A DNA stretch of 64,000 nt, taken from assembly GCA_026023565.1 (NCBI GenBank), contig JAPETS010000012.1, positions 558,001 through 622,000 on the forward strand, written 5' to 3'. Source of the DNA: Cirrosporium novae-zelandiae (lineage: Eukaryota). Of this stretch, positions 62,948 through 64,000 are shown one piece after another. Both the position numbers and the translations under genes were made by a program. The notes under the pieces were generated by a model. That model saw only the letters and a program-made list of their open reading frames with translations. It made no database searches and had not been told where the DNA came from. Each line of letters starts with the position of its first letter. Position 1 is the first letter of the stretch.

Positions 62948-63978
62948 ATTTTCCGACAAAAAATGGTTAGAAAAAAAGCTCAATACAAGTCATGTAGAAG
63001 GTAATACTTGATAAGATAGTTCATTAAATCCACCTCACTATTCCTTTAAGACTACATACAAAAATAAGCGATCCATTTAACCGCCTACACTAAAATATCT
63101 AACCTTAATCGATCCCACATAAGCGCAAGCAACACCCGCTTACTTTATAACCCTTATCCCCAACAAGAAGGTAGTTAGTTTTTATTAATTATGTATACAT
63201 AGGCTAGGCTAGTTCCGGATTCGTGTACTGTACTCGAGTAAGAAAGAAAGAAGGATGGTTTGGTTTGGTTTGGTTTGGTTTTATTTATTCATCCTCTACT
63301 CGCTTATATTATGCAAGCGGTAAAAACTCTAACTTGCATAATTAATTACTCGAGTAGTACGTACGGTCAGGGCTTTGGACCAAAACTGCAATGGTGTACA
63401 AGTAGCTTTCTTATCTTCTCTCCCTTATCCATGGTTTATCTTCTCCGCCTTGTCACACCTTACCTTACTTACACTACCCTACTGTTTGGGCCTGAAGGCT
63501 ACTATGTACTTGTATGGCTTAGCCGTTCCTTTCTCCTATACTACGCTTATCCAATCTCTGGTTTCATTGCAAGATACCTAGGTAGATAGGAAGTAAGCAC
63601 TGTGAACCCCGATGCTTATTCCGATGGCCTTTTCTATATGACTGTAAGGTACCTAGGTAAGGTAGGACTTTGGGGACTTGGGGGGGGGGGGGATTGTGTT
63701 GTTATCGATTCATTTGATAGGGTAGGATACGATGGGATGGGATGTGTGATATGATGATTGATGCTGCTGATGATGATGATTAACTGTGATTATTGTTATA
63801 TATGTATATGTATATATAATAATAGCTTCTACTTTTTTTCTTTCTTTCTCTTCTTAATTAATTTATACCTTCCTTGGTCCCTTTTCTCTCCTCCTCTCTC
63901 TTCGTCCTCCTTTGATTAATTAATTATCTCCCCCCCCCCCCTAAATCGCGGACATCCATCCTTATCACCACCACCATC

Positions 63979-64000
63979 ATGTCCGAAGAAAAAGAAAAAT
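63979..64000 (+). CDS. Probable start of the next gene (MSEEKEN...)
   Basis: caccatcATG after a pyrimidine-rich promoter-like stretch; truncated by the window end. Confidence 0.35.

Noticed and set aside
63260..63589. 109-aa hydrophobic ORF
   Set aside because: It has a TTG start inside a (TTTGG)n repeat and lies in TA-rich intergenic sequence; no family was recognised.
40000..64000. Intact Starship or transposon
   Set aside because: No tyrosine recombinase, transposase or reverse transcriptase ORF, and no boundary repeats were identified.

Overview
This is filamentous ascomycete (Pezizomycotina-type) genomic DNA, judged from short GT-AG introns with CTAAC/CTGAC branch sites and from Zn2Cys6, HET and NACHT genes. 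It holds about 22 intact or partial genes and 3 recognisable pseudogenes. The left part (1-39 kb) is mostly nutrient and metabolic: a VOC-family ring-cleavage dioxygenase (truncated by the window edge, absent from the ORF track), MFS and OPT transporters, an NmrA / C2H2-Zn2Cys6 TF / SDR mini-cluster, a GtaA-like protein, a peroxisomal acyl-CoA ligase, an FAD amino-acid oxidase, an intronless bacterial-looking Ricin-GH13 fusion and a membrane-anchored fucose-lectin-like protein. The right part (40-63 kb) looks like an accessory or defence island. It contains a large CorA-tailed protein, a Cps1-like GT2, a short ORF made of a perfect 18-bp repeat encoding (SLSLRC)x7, a Pro-rich RVxF protein and a RIP-like mutated kinase pseudogene. 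It also contains an intact, intron-containing radical SAM/SPASM gene of prokaryotic (AF0577-like) type and a SesB-NACHT NLR head-to-head with an AAA+ ATPase. The best novelty candidate is the radical SAM/SPASM enzyme, possibly acting on the nearby Cys-repeat peptide; that link is speculative. All family calls come from motif recognition by eye, and no database searches were run.
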